A stretch of 64,000 nt of DNA. Origin: Escherichia coli O157:H7. GTDB lineage: Bacteria > Pseudomonadota > Gammaproteobacteria > Enterobacterales > Enterobacteriaceae. Within the stretch, counting starts at the first letter, position 1, and the number at the start of each line of letters is the position of its first letter. The DNA is taken from the NCBI RefSeq assembly GCF_013167455.1, contig NZ_CP038328.1. One strand, given 5' to 3'. Under the pieces are notes generated by a model. It did no database searches. It saw nothing but the letters and a program-made list of their open reading frames with translations, and had not been told where the DNA came from. Below, one piece after another: positions 41,556-52,925 of this stretch. The position numbers and the translations under genes were made by a program.

Positions 41556-44500
41556 ATGATGGAAATTCTGCGTGGTTCGCCTGCACTGTCGGCATTCCGA
41601 ATCAACAAACTGCTGGCACGTTTTCAGGCTGCCAGGCTCCCGGTTCACAATATTTACGCCGAGTATGTCCATTTTGCTGACCTCAATGCGCCGTTAAACG
41701 ATGATGAGCACGCACAACTTGAACGCCTGCTGAAATATGGCCCGGCACTCGCCAGCCACGCCCCGCAAGGCAAACTCCTGCTGGTGACCCCGCGTCCTGG
41801 CACCATCTCTCCCTGGTCTTCGAAAGCGACCGATATTGCTCATAACTGCGGGCTACAACAGGTAAACCGCCTTGAGCGCGGCGTTGCTTACTATATAGAA
41901 GCCGGTACGCTGACCAATGAACAATGGCAGCAGGTTACCGCTGAACTGCACGACCGCATGATGGAAACGGTCTTTTTTGCTTTAGATGATGCAGAGCAGT
42001 TGTTTGCCCACCATCAACCGACTCCGGTTACCAGCGTTGATTTGCTGGGGCAGGGCCGTCAGGCGCTGATCGACGCTAACCTGCGTCTTGGCCTGGCTCT
42101 GGCGGAAGATGAAATTGACTATCTGCAGGATGCTTTCACAAAGCTTGGTCGTAACCCGAACGACATCGAGCTGTATATGTTCGCTCAGGCGAACTCTGAG
42201 CACTGCCGCCACAAAATTTTTAATGCCGACTGGATTATCGACGGTGAACAGCAGCCGAAATCGCTGTTCAAGATGATCAAAAATACTTTCGAAACCACGC
42301 CAGATCACGTTCTCTCTGCTTATAAAGATAACGCCGCCGTAATGGAAGGTTCTGAAGTGGGCCGCTACTTTGCTGACCACGAAACGGGCCGCTACGATTT
42401 CCATCAGGAACCGGCGCATATTCTGATGAAAGTCGAAACTCACAACCACCCGACGGCGATTTCTCCGTGGCCGGGCGCGGCGACCGGTTCCGGCGGTGAA
42501 ATCCGCGATGAAGGTGCCACCGGGCGCGGCGCGAAGCCGAAAGCGGGTTTGGTTGGTTTCTCCGTTTCCAACCTGCGAATTCCTGGCTTCGAACAGCCGT
42601 GGGAAGAAGATTTCGGTAAGCCTGAGCGCATTGTCACCGCGCTGGACATCATGACCGAAGGCCCGCTGGGCGGCGCGGCGTTTAACAACGAATTTGGTCG
42701 TCCGGCACTGAATGGCTACTTCCGTACTTATGAAGAAAAAGTGAACAGCCACAACGGCGAAGAGCTGCGCGGTTATCACAAACCGATCATGCTGGCGGGC
42801 GGGATCGGCAACATTCGCGCCGATCACGTACAAAAAGGCGAGATCAACGTCGGTGCGAAACTGGTCGTTCTCGGCGGCCCGGCAATGAACATCGGTCTTG
42901 GCGGCGGAGCGGCGTCTTCCATGGCGTCAGGTCAGTCTGATGCCGACCTCGACTTTGCTTCCGTACAGCGCGACAACCCGGAGATGGAGCGTCGCTGCCA
43001 GGAAGTGATCGACCGTTGCTGGCAGCTTGGTGATGCCAACCCAATCCTGTTTATCCACGACGTCGGCGCTGGCGGTCTTTCTAACGCGATGCCGGAACTG
43101 GTGAGCGACGGCGGGCGCGGCGGTAAATTTGAACTGCGCGATATTCTAAGCGACGAACCGGGCATGAGCCCGCTGGAAATCTGGTGTAACGAATCCCAGG
43201 AACGCTACGTGCTGGCGGTTGCTGCCGATCAATTACCGCTGTTTGACGAACTGTGTAAGCGTGAGCGCGCACCCTACGCGGTGATTGGTGAAGCGACCGA
43301 AGAACTGCATCTTTCTCTGCACGATCGTCATTTTGATAATCAGCCGATCGATCTGCCGCTGGACGTCCTGCTTGGTAAAACGCCGAAGATGACCCGCGAT
43401 GTACAAACGCTGAAAGCGAAGGGCGATGCGCTGGTCCGTGAAGGGATCACCATTGCAGACGCGGTGAAACGCGTACTGCATCTGCCGACCGTGGCGGAGA
43501 AAACTTTCCTGGTGACCATCGGTGACCGCAGCGTAACCGGCATGGTGGCGCGCGATCAGATGGTGGGGCCGTGGCAGGTGCCGGTCGCTAACTGCGCGGT
43601 CACTACCGCCAGCCTCGACAGCTACTACGGTGAAGCGATGGCGATTGGCGAGCGTGCGCCGGTTGCGCTGCTGGATTTCGCCGCCTCTGCCCGTCTGGCG
43701 GTCGGTGAAGCGTTAACCAATATTGCCGCAACACAGATTGGCGATATCAAACGCATTAAACTTTCCGCCAACTGGATGGCGGCGGCAGGCCACCCTGGTG
43801 AAGATGCGGGCCTGTATGAAGCCGTTAAAGCCGTGGGCGAAGAGCTTTGTCCGGCGCTGGGCCTGACGATCCCGGTGGGTAAAGACTCTATGTCGATGAA
43901 AACCCGCTGGCAGGAAGGTAACGAAGAGCGCGAAATGACGTCGCCGCTGTCGCTGGTGATTTCTGCATTTGCCCGCGTGGAAGATGTACGTCACACCATC
44001 ACGCCGCAGCTTTCTACCGAAGATAACGCACTGCTGCTGATTGATTTGGGCAAAGGCAATAACGCGCTGGGCGCAACGGCGCTGGCGCAGGTTTATCGTC
44101 AGCTTGGCGACAAACCGGCAGATGTACGCGATGTCGCGCAACTGAAAGGCTTCTATGACGCGATTCAGGCGCTGGTTGCACAGCGTAAGTTGCTGGCGTA
44201 TCACGACCGCTCTGATGGCGGTCTGCTGGTAACGCTGGCGGAAATGGCCTTTGCTGGTCATTGCGGCATTGACGCGGATATCGCCACTCTGGGTGACGAT
44301 CGCCTGGCGGCGTTGTTTAACGAAGAACTGGGTGCGGTCATTCAGGTTCGTGCCGCTGACCGTGAAGCGGTCGAGTCCGTACTGGCACAGCATGGGCTTG
44401 CTGATTGCGTCCATTATGTTGGGCAGGCGGTTTCCGGTGACCGTTTTGTGATTACCGCCAACGGGCAGACTGTATTCAGCGAAAGCCGCACTACGTTGCG

Positions 44501-45443
44501 TGTCTGGTGGGCAGAAACTACCTGGCAGATGCAGCGCCTGCGTGACAACCCGGAGTGTGCCGATCAGGAGCATCAGGCGAAATCAAACGACGCCGATCCG
44601 GGCCTGAATGTGAAACTGTCGTTTGATATCAACGAAGATGTGGCAGCACCGTATATTGCCACTGGCGCACGTCCGAAAGTTGCTGTGCTGCGTGAGCAGG
44701 GCGTGAACTCGCATGTTGAAATGGCGGCAGCTTTCCACCGTGCAGGCTTCGATGCTATCGACGTGCATATGAGCGACCTGCTGGCTGGACGCACGGGCCT
44801 GGAGGATTTCCACGCCCTGGTCGCGTGCGGTGGTTTCTCCTACGGTGATGTGCTGGGTGCCGGTGAAGGTTGGGCGAAGTCTATCCTGTTCAATGACCGT
44901 GTACGCGATGAGTTTGCAACCTTCTTCCACCGTCCGCAAACGCTGGCGCTGGGGGTATGTAACGGTTGCCAGATGATGTCTAATCTGCGTGAACTGATCC
45001 CAGGTAGTGAGTTGTGGCCACGTTTTGTGCGCAATACCTCCGATCGCTTTGAAGCGCGTTTCAGCTTGGTTGAAGTGACCCAAAGCCCGTCGCTGCTGTT
45101 GCAGGGGATGGTGGGCTCGCAAATGCCGATTGCTGTCTCTCATGGTGAAGGGCGCGTGGAAGTGCGTGATGCGGCGCATCTGGCGGCACTGGAAAGCAAA
45201 GGGCTGGTGGCACTGCGCTATGTCGATAACTTCGGCAAAGTCACTGAAACCTACCCGGCTAACCCGAACGGTTCTCCGAACGGTATTACGGCGGTCACGA
45301 CTGAAAGCGGTCGAGTCACCATTATGATGCCGCACCCGGAACGTGTTTTCCGTACTGTCAGCAACTCCTGGCATCCTGAAAACTGGGGCGAGGATGGCCC
45401 ATGGATGCGCATTTTCCGCAATGCACGTAAGCAGTTGGGGTAA
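41556..45443 (+). CDS. purL: Phosphoribosylformylglycinamidine (FGAM) synthase, large single-chain form, 1295 aa
   Basis: [20 protein letters not shown]... with a C-terminal glutaminase containing GVCNGCQMM. The track ORF is 36 codons longer. Confidence 0.98.
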
Positions 45444-45467
45444 GCCGTCAAACTCATTGGTTTTGCA

Positions 45468-45500
45468 GCCCGGATGAGGCATTCACGCCGCATCCGGCAT
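45468..45500. repeat. REP element
   Basis: gcccggatgaggcattcacgccgcatccggca: the typical GCCGGATGCGGCGTGAACGCCTTATCCGGC-type palindromic unit. Confidence 0.8.
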
Positions 45501-45519
45501 TAAATACAACCGCTATTAT

Positions 45520-45546
45520 AAGCTCCCAACTTCGGGAGCTTTTTTG
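45520..45546 (+). terminator. purL terminator
   Basis: agctccc-aacttc-gggagct followed by tttttt. Confidence 0.85.
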
Positions 45547-45564
45547 TGTCTGTAAATCACGACA
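45547..45564. promoter_or_regulatory. GlrR (QseF) activator binding site, distal
   Basis: TGTC-tgtaaatcac-GACA fits the TGTC-N10-GACA GlrR box. Confidence 0.75.
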
Positions 45565-45579
45565 ATGGGTGGTTTACCG

Positions 45580-45597
45580 TGTCGCTTTCTGGCGACA
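45580..45597. promoter_or_regulatory. GlrR activator binding site, middle
   Basis: TGTC-gctttctggc-GACA. Confidence 0.8.
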
Positions 45598-45642
45598 CTT
45601 AAATGATTGATTTTATTGTAATCTAATAAGTTTTTCTTAAGT

Positions 45643-45660
45643 TGTCTCTTTTTAGCGACA
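45643..45660. promoter_or_regulatory. GlrR activator binding site, proximal
   Basis: TGTC-tctttttagc-GACA, ~100 bp upstream of the sigma-54 promoter. The A/T-rich tract between them is suitable for IHF bending. Confidence 0.8.
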
Positions 45661-45749
45661 CAGTGGCTGATTTACATTCAAATAGCGGGGAAGCCATAAA
45701 CCCCTCAAAGCAACGTATAATCAGTACGTTACCAAACTATTTTCTTTAT

Positions 45750-45766
45750 TGGCACAGTTACTGCAT
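45750..45766 (+). promoter_or_regulatory. Sigma-54 (-24/-12) promoter of glmY
   Basis: TGGCAC-agtta-CTGCAT compared with the consensus TGGCAC-N5-TTGCA. The GG and GC are correctly spaced, 11-13 nt upstream of the inferred GlmY 5' end. Confidence 0.85.
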
Positions 45767-45776
45767 AATAGTAATC

Positions 45777-45960
45777 AGTGGCTCATTCACCGACTTATGT
45801 CAGCCCCTTCGGGACGTGCTACATAAAATTCGAATGACGCACAACAAGGTGCCTGCCGTCCAACTTCTGATATCAGCGTAGCTATATCAACCATCGGGCG
45901 AAACGTCGAGTTAGGCACCGCCTTATTCCATAACAAAGCCGGGTAATTCCCGGCTTTGTT
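45777..45960 (+). ncRNA. glmY: GlmY sRNA (184-nt primary transcript, processed to ~148 nt)
   Basis: AGTGGCTCATTCACCGACTTATGTCAGCCCCTTCGGGACGTGC... ends in the terminator aaagccggg-taat-tcccggctttgtt. Sequence and position (purL-glrK spacer) match remembered GlmY. Confidence 0.88.
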
Positions 45961-46018
45961 GTATCTGAACTTCCCCTCGGTTAGCATCAGGCTATTCGCG
46001 TCTGACGAGAGTAACACC

Positions 46019-47446
46019 TTGAAACGCTGGCCCGTTTTTCCCCGCTCATTACGACAACTGGTAATGCTGGCATTTTTGCTGATTCTGCTGCCCCTGTTGG
46101 TGCTGGCATGGCAAGCCTGGCAAAGCCTGAATGCGCTTAGCGACCAGGCGGCGCTGGTCAACCGCACCACGCTTATCGATGCCCGGCGCAGCGAAGCAAT
46201 GACCAACGCGGCGCTGGAGATGGAGCGTAGCTACCGTCAGTATTGCGTGCTGGATGACCCTACGCTTGCGAAGGTTTATCAAAGCCAGCGCAAGCGTTAC
46301 AGCGAAATGCTCGATGCCCACGCAGGCGTACTGCCAGACGATAAACTTTACCAGGCATTGCGTCAGGACTTGAACAATCTGGCCCAACTTCAGTGCAACA
46401 ACAGTGGTCCCGATGCTGCTGCTGCCGCGCGTCTGGAAGCCTTTGCCAGTGCCAATACCGAAATGGTACAGGCCACGCGCACAGTAGTGTTCTCTCGTGG
46501 GCAGCAACTTCAGCGTGAAATCGCCGAACGTGGGCAATATTTTGGTTGGCAATCGCTGGTGCTATTTCTGGTGAGTCTGGTAATGGTACTGCTTTTCACG
46601 CGGATGATTATCGGGCCGGTGAAAAATATTGAACGGATGATCAATCGGTTGGGGGAAGGGCGTTCTCTGGGCAATAGCGTTTCGTTCAGTGGACCGAGCG
46701 AGTTACGCTCGGTTGGGCAACGTATTCTTTGGTTAAGTGAGCGCCTGTCATGGCTGGAATCCCAACGCCATCAATTTTTAAGACATTTATCTCATGAATT
46801 AAAAACGCCACTGGCGAGTATGCGCGAGGGCACTGAATTACTGGCTGATCAGGTTGTCGGGCCGCTTACGCCAGAGCAAAAAGAGGTGGTGAGCATTCTT
46901 GATAGCAGCAGCCGCAATTTGCAAAAACTGATCGAACAACTGCTTGATTACAACCGTAAACAGGCGGACAGTGCGGTGGAACTAGATAATGTTGAGTTAG
47001 CACCGCTGGTGGAGACAGTAGTTTCTGCTCATAGCCTGCCCGCACGGGCTAAAATGATGCATACCGACGTCGATCTCAAAGCAACAGCTTGCCTGGCGGA
47101 GCCAATGCTGCTGATGAGCGTACTGGATAATCTTTACTCCAATGCGGTGCACTACGGGGCTGAATCCGGTAACATTTGCCTTCGCAGCAGTTTACATGGT
47201 GCGCGGGTTTATATTGATGTCATCAATACAGGCACGCCCATTCCGCAAGAGGAACGCGCCATGATCTTCGAACCCTTTTTTCAGGGAAGCCACCAGCGAA
47301 AAGGGGCGGTGAAGGGCAGCGGTCTGGGATTAAGCATTGCCAGGGATTGTATTCGCCGTATGCAAGGGGAACTGTATCTGGTCGACGAGAGCGGGCAAGA
47401 CGTTTGTTTCCGCATTGAATTACCGTCGTCGAAAAACACGAAATAA
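46019..47446 (+). CDS. glrK: Sensor histidine kinase GlrK (QseE/YfhK), 475 aa
   Basis: Two TM segments, HAMP, H-box LSHELKTPLASM, and G2 box GSGLGLSIA. The TTG start at 46019 (KRWPVFPRSL) gives 475 aa. The track ORF is 21 codons longer. Confidence 0.93.
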   Translation: MKRWPVFPRSLRQLVMLAFLLILLPLLVLAWQAWQSLNALSDQAALVNRTTLIDARRSEAMTNAALEMERSYRQYCVLDDPTLAKVYQSQRKRYSEMLDAHAGVLPDDKLYQALRQDLNNLAQLQCNNSGPDAAAAARLEAFASANTEMVQATRTVVFSRGQQLQREIAERGQYFGWQSLVLFLVSLVMVLLFTRMIIGPVKNIERMINRLGEGRSLGNSVSFSGPSELRSVGQRILWLSERLSWLESQRHQFLRHLSHELKTPLASMREGTELLADQVVGPLTPEQKEVVSILDSSSRNLQKLIEQLLDYNRKQADSAVELDNVELAPLVETVVSAHSLPARAKMMHTDVDLKATACLAEPMLLMSVLDNLYSNAVHYGAESGNICLRSSLHGARVYIDVINTGTPIPQEERAMIFEPFFQGSHQRKGAVKGSGLGLSIARDCIRRMQGELYLVDESGQDVCFRIELPSSKNTK

Positions 47447-47610
47447 TGCTAACAGCCTATCCCATCAGGCTATTTTATTTGTCAGTTCGGCCCCGGGCAG
47501 TGCTCGAAATCCTCACGTACGACATGTACGCTCCGGTTTCTCCGCGCTGTCCATGTCCAAACTGTCTGCAACAATTACGCCCACTGGGATAGGCTTTAAG
47601 TCTGGTGAAT

Positions 47611-48324
47611 ATGCGACACATTTTTCAACGATTATTGCCCCGACGGCTGTGGCTGGCAGGGCTGCCATGTCTGGCATTGCTAGGTTGCGTGCAGAATCAC
47701 AATAAGCCAGCCATTGATACGCCAGCAGAAGAAAAAATTCCGGTTTATCAACTGGCTGACTATCTTTCTACTGAATGTAGCGACATCTGGGCGCTGCAAG
47801 GTAAATCAACCGAAACCAATCCGCTTTACTGGCTGCGGGCGATGGATTGTGCTGATCGTTTAATGCCTGCGCAGTCGCGTCAGCAAGCTCGCCAATATGA
47901 CGACGGCAGCTGGCAAAATACCTTTAAACAAGGGATTTTGCTCGCCGACGCCAAAATTACGCCATATGAGCGCCGCCAGCTGGTCGCGCGTATTGAAGCG
48001 TTAAGTACCGAGATCCCGGCACAGGTTCGCCCACTGTATCAACTCTGGCGCGACGGTCAGGCGCTGCAACTGCAACTGGCGGAAGAGCGCCAACGCTACA
48101 GTAAACTCCAGCAGTCCAGCGACAGCGAGCTGGATACATTGCGCCAGCAACATCACGTTCTACAGCAGCAACTGGAACTCACCACCCGCAAGCTGGAAAA
48201 CCTGACTGATATTGAACGCCAGCTCTCGACCCGCAAACCGGCTGGAAATTTCTCGCCGGATACGCCACACGAGAGTGAAAAGCCCGCGCCATCCACCCAT
48301 GAGGTCACTCCTGATGAGCCATAA
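47611..48324 (+). CDS. qseG: Outer-membrane lipoprotein QseG (YfhG), 237 aa
   Basis: Lipobox LALLGC|V and a Gln-rich coiled-coil C-terminal half. The 3' end overlaps the glrR start by 11 nt. Confidence 0.92.
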   Translation: MRHIFQRLLPRRLWLAGLPCLALLGCVQNHNKPAIDTPAEEKIPVYQLADYLSTECSDIWALQGKSTETNPLYWLRAMDCADRLMPAQSRQQARQYDDGSWQNTFKQGILLADAKITPYERRQLVARIEALSTEIPAQVRPLYQLWRDGQALQLQLAEERQRYSKLQQSSDSELDTLRQQHHVLQQQLELTTRKLENLTDIERQLSTRKPAGNFSPDTPHESEKPAPSTHEVTPDEP

Positions 48325-49648
48325 ACCTGCGCATTTATTATTGGTCGATGACGATCCGGGATTGCTGAAACTGCTTGGCCTGCGCCTGACCAGCGAAGGC
48401 TACAGCGTGGTCACGGCGGAAAGTGGCGCTGAAGGATTACGGGTACTGAATCGCGAAAAAGTAGATTTAGTCATCAGCGACCTGCGGATGGATGAAATGG
48501 ACGGTATGCAGCTGTTTGCTGAAATCCAGAAAGTGCAGCCGGGAATGCCGGTAATTATTCTTACCGCGCATGGTTCTATTCCCGATGCCGTTGCTGCAAC
48601 ACAGCAGGGCGTTTTTAGTTTCCTCACCAAGCCTGTTGATAAAGACGCGCTATATCAGGCAATTGATGATGCGCTGGAACAATCCGCGCCAGCCACCGAC
48701 GAACGCTGGCGCGAGGCGATTGTCACCCGCAGCCCGCTGATGCTGCGTTTGCTGGAACAGGCGCGGCTGGTGGCGCAATCAGACGTCAGCGTTTTGATTA
48801 ATGGCCAGAGCGGCACCGGGAAAGAGATTTTCGCCCAGGCTATCCACAACGCCAGCCCGCGCAATAGCAAACCATTTATTGCTATTAACTGTGGTGCATT
48901 GCCTGAGCAATTGCTGGAGTCGGAGCTGTTTGGTCATGCGCGTGGCGCGTTTACTGGCGCTGTCAGCAATCGCGAAGGTTTATTCCAGGCGGCGGAAGGC
49001 GGAACGCTATTTCTCGATGAGATTGGCGATATGCCTGCGCCGTTGCAGGTCAAACTGTTGCGCGTGTTGCAGGAGCGTAAAGTGCGCCCGCTGGGCAGTA
49101 ACCGCGATATTGATATCAATGTGCGGATTATTTCTGCCACTCACCGTGATCTGCCAAAAGCGATGGCGCGCGGGGAATTCCGCGAAGATCTCTATTACCG
49201 CCTCAACGTTGTCAGCCTGAAAATTCCGGCACTGGCGGAGCGCACAGAAGACATTCCGCTACTGGCAAATCACCTGTTGCGCCAGGCGGCAGAGCGACAT
49301 AAACCGTTTGTCCGCGCGTTTTCCACCGATGCGATGAAACGCCTGATGACCGCGAGCTGGCCGGGTAATGTGCGCCAGTTGGTCAACGTGATTGAACAGT
49401 GCGTGGCGCTGACCTCATCTCCGGTGATTAGCGATGCATTAGTAGAGCAGGCGCTGGAGGGTGAAAATACGGCGCTGCCAACCTTTGTTGAGGCACGTAA
49501 TCAGTTTGAACTCAACTATTTGCGTAAGCTGCTGCAAATTACCAAAGGCAACGTCACCCACGCGGCGAGAATGGCGGGGCGCAACCGGACAGAATTTTAT
49601 AAACTGCTTTCCCGACACGAGCTGGATGCAAACGATTTCAAGGAATGA
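48314..49648 (+). CDS. glrR: Sigma-54-dependent response regulator GlrR (QseF/YfhA), 444 aa
   Basis: Receiver domain ([14 protein letters not shown]), AAA+ Walker A GQSGTGKE, sigma-54 contact GAFTGA, and a C-terminal HTH. The start [14 protein letters not shown] gives 444 aa. Confidence 0.96.
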   Translation: MSHKPAHLLLVDDDPGLLKLLGLRLTSEGYSVVTAESGAEGLRVLNREKVDLVISDLRMDEMDGMQLFAEIQKVQPGMPVIILTAHGSIPDAVAATQQGVFSFLTKPVDKDALYQAIDDALEQSAPATDERWREAIVTRSPLMLRLLEQARLVAQSDVSVLINGQSGTGKEIFAQAIHNASPRNSKPFIAINCGALPEQLLESELFGHARGAFTGAVSNREGLFQAAEGGTLFLDEIGDMPAPLQVKLLRVLQERKVRPLGSNRDIDINVRIISATHRDLPKAMARGEFREDLYYRLNVVSLKIPALAERTEDIPLLANHLLRQAAERHKPFVRAFSTDAMKRLMTASWPGNVRQLVNVIEQCVALTSSPVISDALVEQALEGENTALPTFVEARNQFELNYLRKLLQITKGNVTHAARMAGRNRTEFYKLLSRHELDANDFKE

Positions 49649-49672
49649 ATTGGCGTTATGTGTTACGTTTAG

Positions 49673-50047
<375 letters not shown>

Positions 50048-50059
50048 ACCGCGTCAAGG

Positions 50060-50085
50060 GTTGCCGGATGTTTCCATCCGGCAAC
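50060..50085. terminator. Hairpin between convergent glnB and hmp
   Basis: gttgccggatg-tttc-catccggcaac: an 11-bp perfect stem. There is no strong U-tract on either strand, so termination efficiency is uncertain. Confidence 0.5.
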
Positions 50086-50091
50086 ATCAAA

Positions 50092-51282
50092 TCACAGCAC
50101 CTTATGCGGGCCAAAGCATTCGTAATGAATGTTTTCCTGCTTCACGCCCAGATCCACTAACTGTTTCGCGGCAAACTGCATGAAGCCAACCGGGCCGCAG
50201 AGATAGAACTGCATTGTCGGATCGCTGAACGCACCTTCCAGTTTGCTCAAATCCATCAGACCTTCGCTATCAAACTGACCTTTAGCGCGATCGGCTTCGC
50301 TCGGCTGACGATACCAGGTGTGCGCGGTAAAGCGCGGCAGTGACTGCCCCAGTTCCTTAACTTCATCGGCAAAGGCGTGAACATCGCCATTTTCTGCCGC
50401 ATGGAACCAGTTCACTTGTGCTGTGTGGCCTGCTTTTGCCAGCGTGTCGAGCATTGCCAGCATTGGCGTTTGACCAACACCGGCAGAGATTAACGTCACT
50501 GGTGTGTCATCTGCGACAGCCATAAAGAAATCACCTGCCGGAGCGACCAGTTTCACGACATCGCCAACATTGGCGTGATTGTGCAACCAGTTGGATACCT
50601 GCCCACCCTCTTCGCGTTTCACCGCAATACGATAGCCTTTGCCATCCGGTTTGCGAGTCAAAGAGTACTGACGAATTTCCTGATGCGGGAAACCTTCCGG
50701 CTTCAGCCAGACGCCGAGATATTGCCCCGGACGGTATTCTGCCACTGCGCCACCGTCGACCGGCTCCAGTTCGAAGCTGGTGATAAGCGCGCTGCGAGGT
50801 GTTTTAGCCACAATGCGGAAATCGCGAGTACCTTCCCAGCCACCGGCTTTGCTGGCGTTTTCGTTATAGATTTCCGCCTCGCGATTGATAAATACATTAG
50901 CCAGTACACCATAGGCTTTACCCCACGCGTCCAGCACTTCCTGCCCCGGGCTGAACATTTCGTCCAGCGTTGCCAACAGGTGTTCACCGACGATGTTGTA
51001 CTGTTCCGGTTTGATCTGGAAACTGGTGTGCTTCTGCGCGATTTTTTCTACCGCTGGCAGCAGCGCAGGCAGGTTTTCAATATTACTGGCGTAGGCGGCA
51101 ATAGCGTTAAACAGGGCTTCACGTTGATCGCCATTACGCTGGTTACTCATGTTAAAAATTTCTTTGAGTTCTGGGTTATGAGTAAACATACGGTCGTAGA
51201 AATGGGCGGTTAACTTTGGCCCCGTTTCCACCAGTAAAGGGATGGTGGCTTTTACTGTAGCGATGGTTTGAGCGTCAAGCAT
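50092..51282 (-). CDS. hmp: Flavohaemoglobin / nitric oxide dioxygenase Hmp, 396 aa
   Basis: N-terminal globin ([17 protein letters not shown]...), FAD motif RQYSL, NAD motif GVGQTP. The track ORF is 7 codons longer. Confidence 0.97.
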
Positions 51283-51300
51283 ATGGTCTTCCTTTTTTTG

Positions 51301-51331
51301 CATCTTAATTGATGTATCTCAAATGCATCTT
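51301..51331. promoter_or_regulatory. NsrR operator (overlapping an FNR-like site) in the hmp promoter
   Basis: Minus strand reads AAGATGCATTTGAGATACATCAATTAAGATG, which contains the NsrR AAGATGCATTT half-site and an imperfect inverted partner. TTGATgtatCTCAA (51309-51322) resembles an FNR box. It lies ~20-50 nt upstream of the hmp ATG. Confidence 0.7.
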
Positions 51332-51475
51332 ATAAAAAATAGCCCTGCAATGTAAATGGTTCTTTGGTGTTTTTCAGAAAGAATGTGATGAAGTGAAAAA
51401 TTTGCATCACAAACCTGAAAAGAAATCCGTTTCCGGTTGCAAGCTCTTTATTCTCCAAAGCCTTGCGTAGCCTGA

Positions 51476-51491
51476 AGGTAATCGTTTGCGT
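51476..51491. promoter_or_regulatory. PurR operator upstream of glyA
   Basis: AGGTAATCGTTTGCGT: the right half matches the PUR box exactly (CGTTTGCGT) and the left half is degenerate. glyA is an established PurR regulon member. Confidence 0.6.
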
Positions 51492-51609
51492 AAATTCCTT
51501 TGTCAAGACCTGTTATCGCACAATGATTCGGTTATACTGTTCGCCGTTGTCCAACAGGACCGCCTATAAAGGCCAAAAATTTTATTGTTAGCTGAGTCAG
51601 GAGATGCGG

Positions 51610-52863
51610 ATGTTAAAGCGTGAAATGAACATTGCCGATTATGATGCCGAACTGTGGCAGGCTATGGAGCAGGAAAAAGTACGTCAGGAAGAGCACATCG
51701 AACTGATCGCCTCCGAAAACTACACCAGCCCGCGCGTAATGCAGGCGCAGGGTTCTCAGCTGACCAACAAATATGCTGAAGGTTATCCGGGCAAACGCTA
51801 CTACGGTGGTTGCGAGTATGTTGATATCGTTGAACAACTGGCGATCGATCGTGCGAAAGAACTGTTCGGCGCTGACTACGCTAACGTCCAGCCGCACTCC
51901 GGCTCCCAGGCTAACTTTGCGGTCTACACCGCGCTGCTGGAACCAGGTGATACCGTTCTGGGTATGAACCTGGCGCATGGCGGTCACCTGACTCACGGTT
52001 CTCCGGTTAACTTCTCCGGTAAACTGTACAACATTGTTCCTTACGGTATTGATGCTACCGGTCATATCGACTACGCCGATCTGGAAAAACAAGCCAAAGA
52101 ACACAAACCGAAAATGATTATCGGTGGCTTCTCTGCATATTCCGGCGTGGTGGACTGGGCGAAAATGCGTGAAATCGCTGACAGCATCGGCGCTTACCTG
52201 TTCGTTGATATGGCGCACGTTGCGGGCCTGGTTGCTGCTGGCGTCTACCCGAACCCGGTTCCTCATGCTCACGTTGTTACTACCACCACTCACAAAACCC
52301 TGGCGGGTCCGCGCGGCGGTCTGATCCTGGCGAAAGGTGGTAGCGAAGAGCTGTACAAAAAACTGAACTCTGCCGTTTTCCCTGGTGGTCAGGGCGGTCC
52401 GTTGATGCACGTAATCGCCGGTAAAGCGGTTGCTCTGAAAGAAGCGATGGAGCCTGAGTTCAAAACTTACCAGCAGCAGGTCGCTAAAAACGCTAAAGCG
52501 ATGGTAGAAGTGTTCCTGGAACGCGGCTACAAAGTGGTTTCCGGCGGTACTGATAACCATCTGTTCCTGGTTGATCTGGTCGATAAAAACCTGACCGGTA
52601 AAGAAGCAGACGCCGCTCTGGGCCGTGCTAACATCACCGTCAACAAAAACAGCGTACCGAACGATCCGAAGAGCCCGTTTGTGACCTCCGGTATTCGCGT
52701 GGGTACTCCGGCAATTACGCGTCGCGGCTTCAAAGAAGTAGAAGCGAAAGAACTGGCTGGCTGGATGTGTGACGTGCTGGACAGCATCAATGATGAAGCC
52801 GTTATCGAGCGCATCAAAGGTAAAGTTCTCGACATCTGCGCACGTTACCCGGTTTACGCATAA
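51610..52863 (+). CDS. glyA: Serine hydroxymethyltransferase, 417 aa
   Basis: PLP-lysine motif [14 protein letters not shown]. The start [12 protein letters not shown] is at 51610, and the track start is 2 codons upstream. Confidence 0.98.
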   Translation: MLKREMNIADYDAELWQAMEQEKVRQEEHIELIASENYTSPRVMQAQGSQLTNKYAEGYPGKRYYGGCEYVDIVEQLAIDRAKELFGADYANVQPHSGSQANFAVYTALLEPGDTVLGMNLAHGGHLTHGSPVNFSGKLYNIVPYGIDATGHIDYADLEKQAKEHKPKMIIGGFSAYSGVVDWAKMREIADSIGAYLFVDMAHVAGLVAAGVYPNPVPHAHVVTTTTHKTLAGPRGGLILAKGGSEELYKKLNSAVFPGGQGGPLMHVIAGKAVALKEAMEPEFKTYQQQVAKNAKAMVEVFLERGYKVVSGGTDNHLFLVDLVDKNLTGKEADAALGRANITVNKNSVPNDPKSPFVTSGIRVGTPAITRRGFKEVEAKELAGWMCDVLDSINDEAVIERIKGKVLDICARYPVYA

Positions 52864-52885
52864 GCGAAACGGTTAATCTGTTGAA

Positions 52886-52912
52886 AAAGGCTTCCTTCGG
52901 GAAGCCTTTCTA
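52886..52912 (+). terminator. glyA terminator
   Basis: aaaggcttcc-ttcg-ggaagccttt followed by ct. Confidence 0.85.
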
Positions 52913-52925
52913 CGTTATCGCGCCA

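Noticed and set aside
41982-45482. Three long minus-strand ORFs (283, 286 and 299 aa) antisense to purL.
   Set aside because: They lie entirely inside a well-supported, highly conserved gene. Their translations are low-complexity (R/Q/F/V-rich mirror of purL codons), with no SD, promoter or recognisable domains. This is the classic stop-codon-poor antisense frame of a codon-biased gene.
51613-52560. A 315-aa ORF antisense to glyA.
   Set aside because: Same artefact: it is the frame -1 shadow of a highly expressed gene, with no independent signals.
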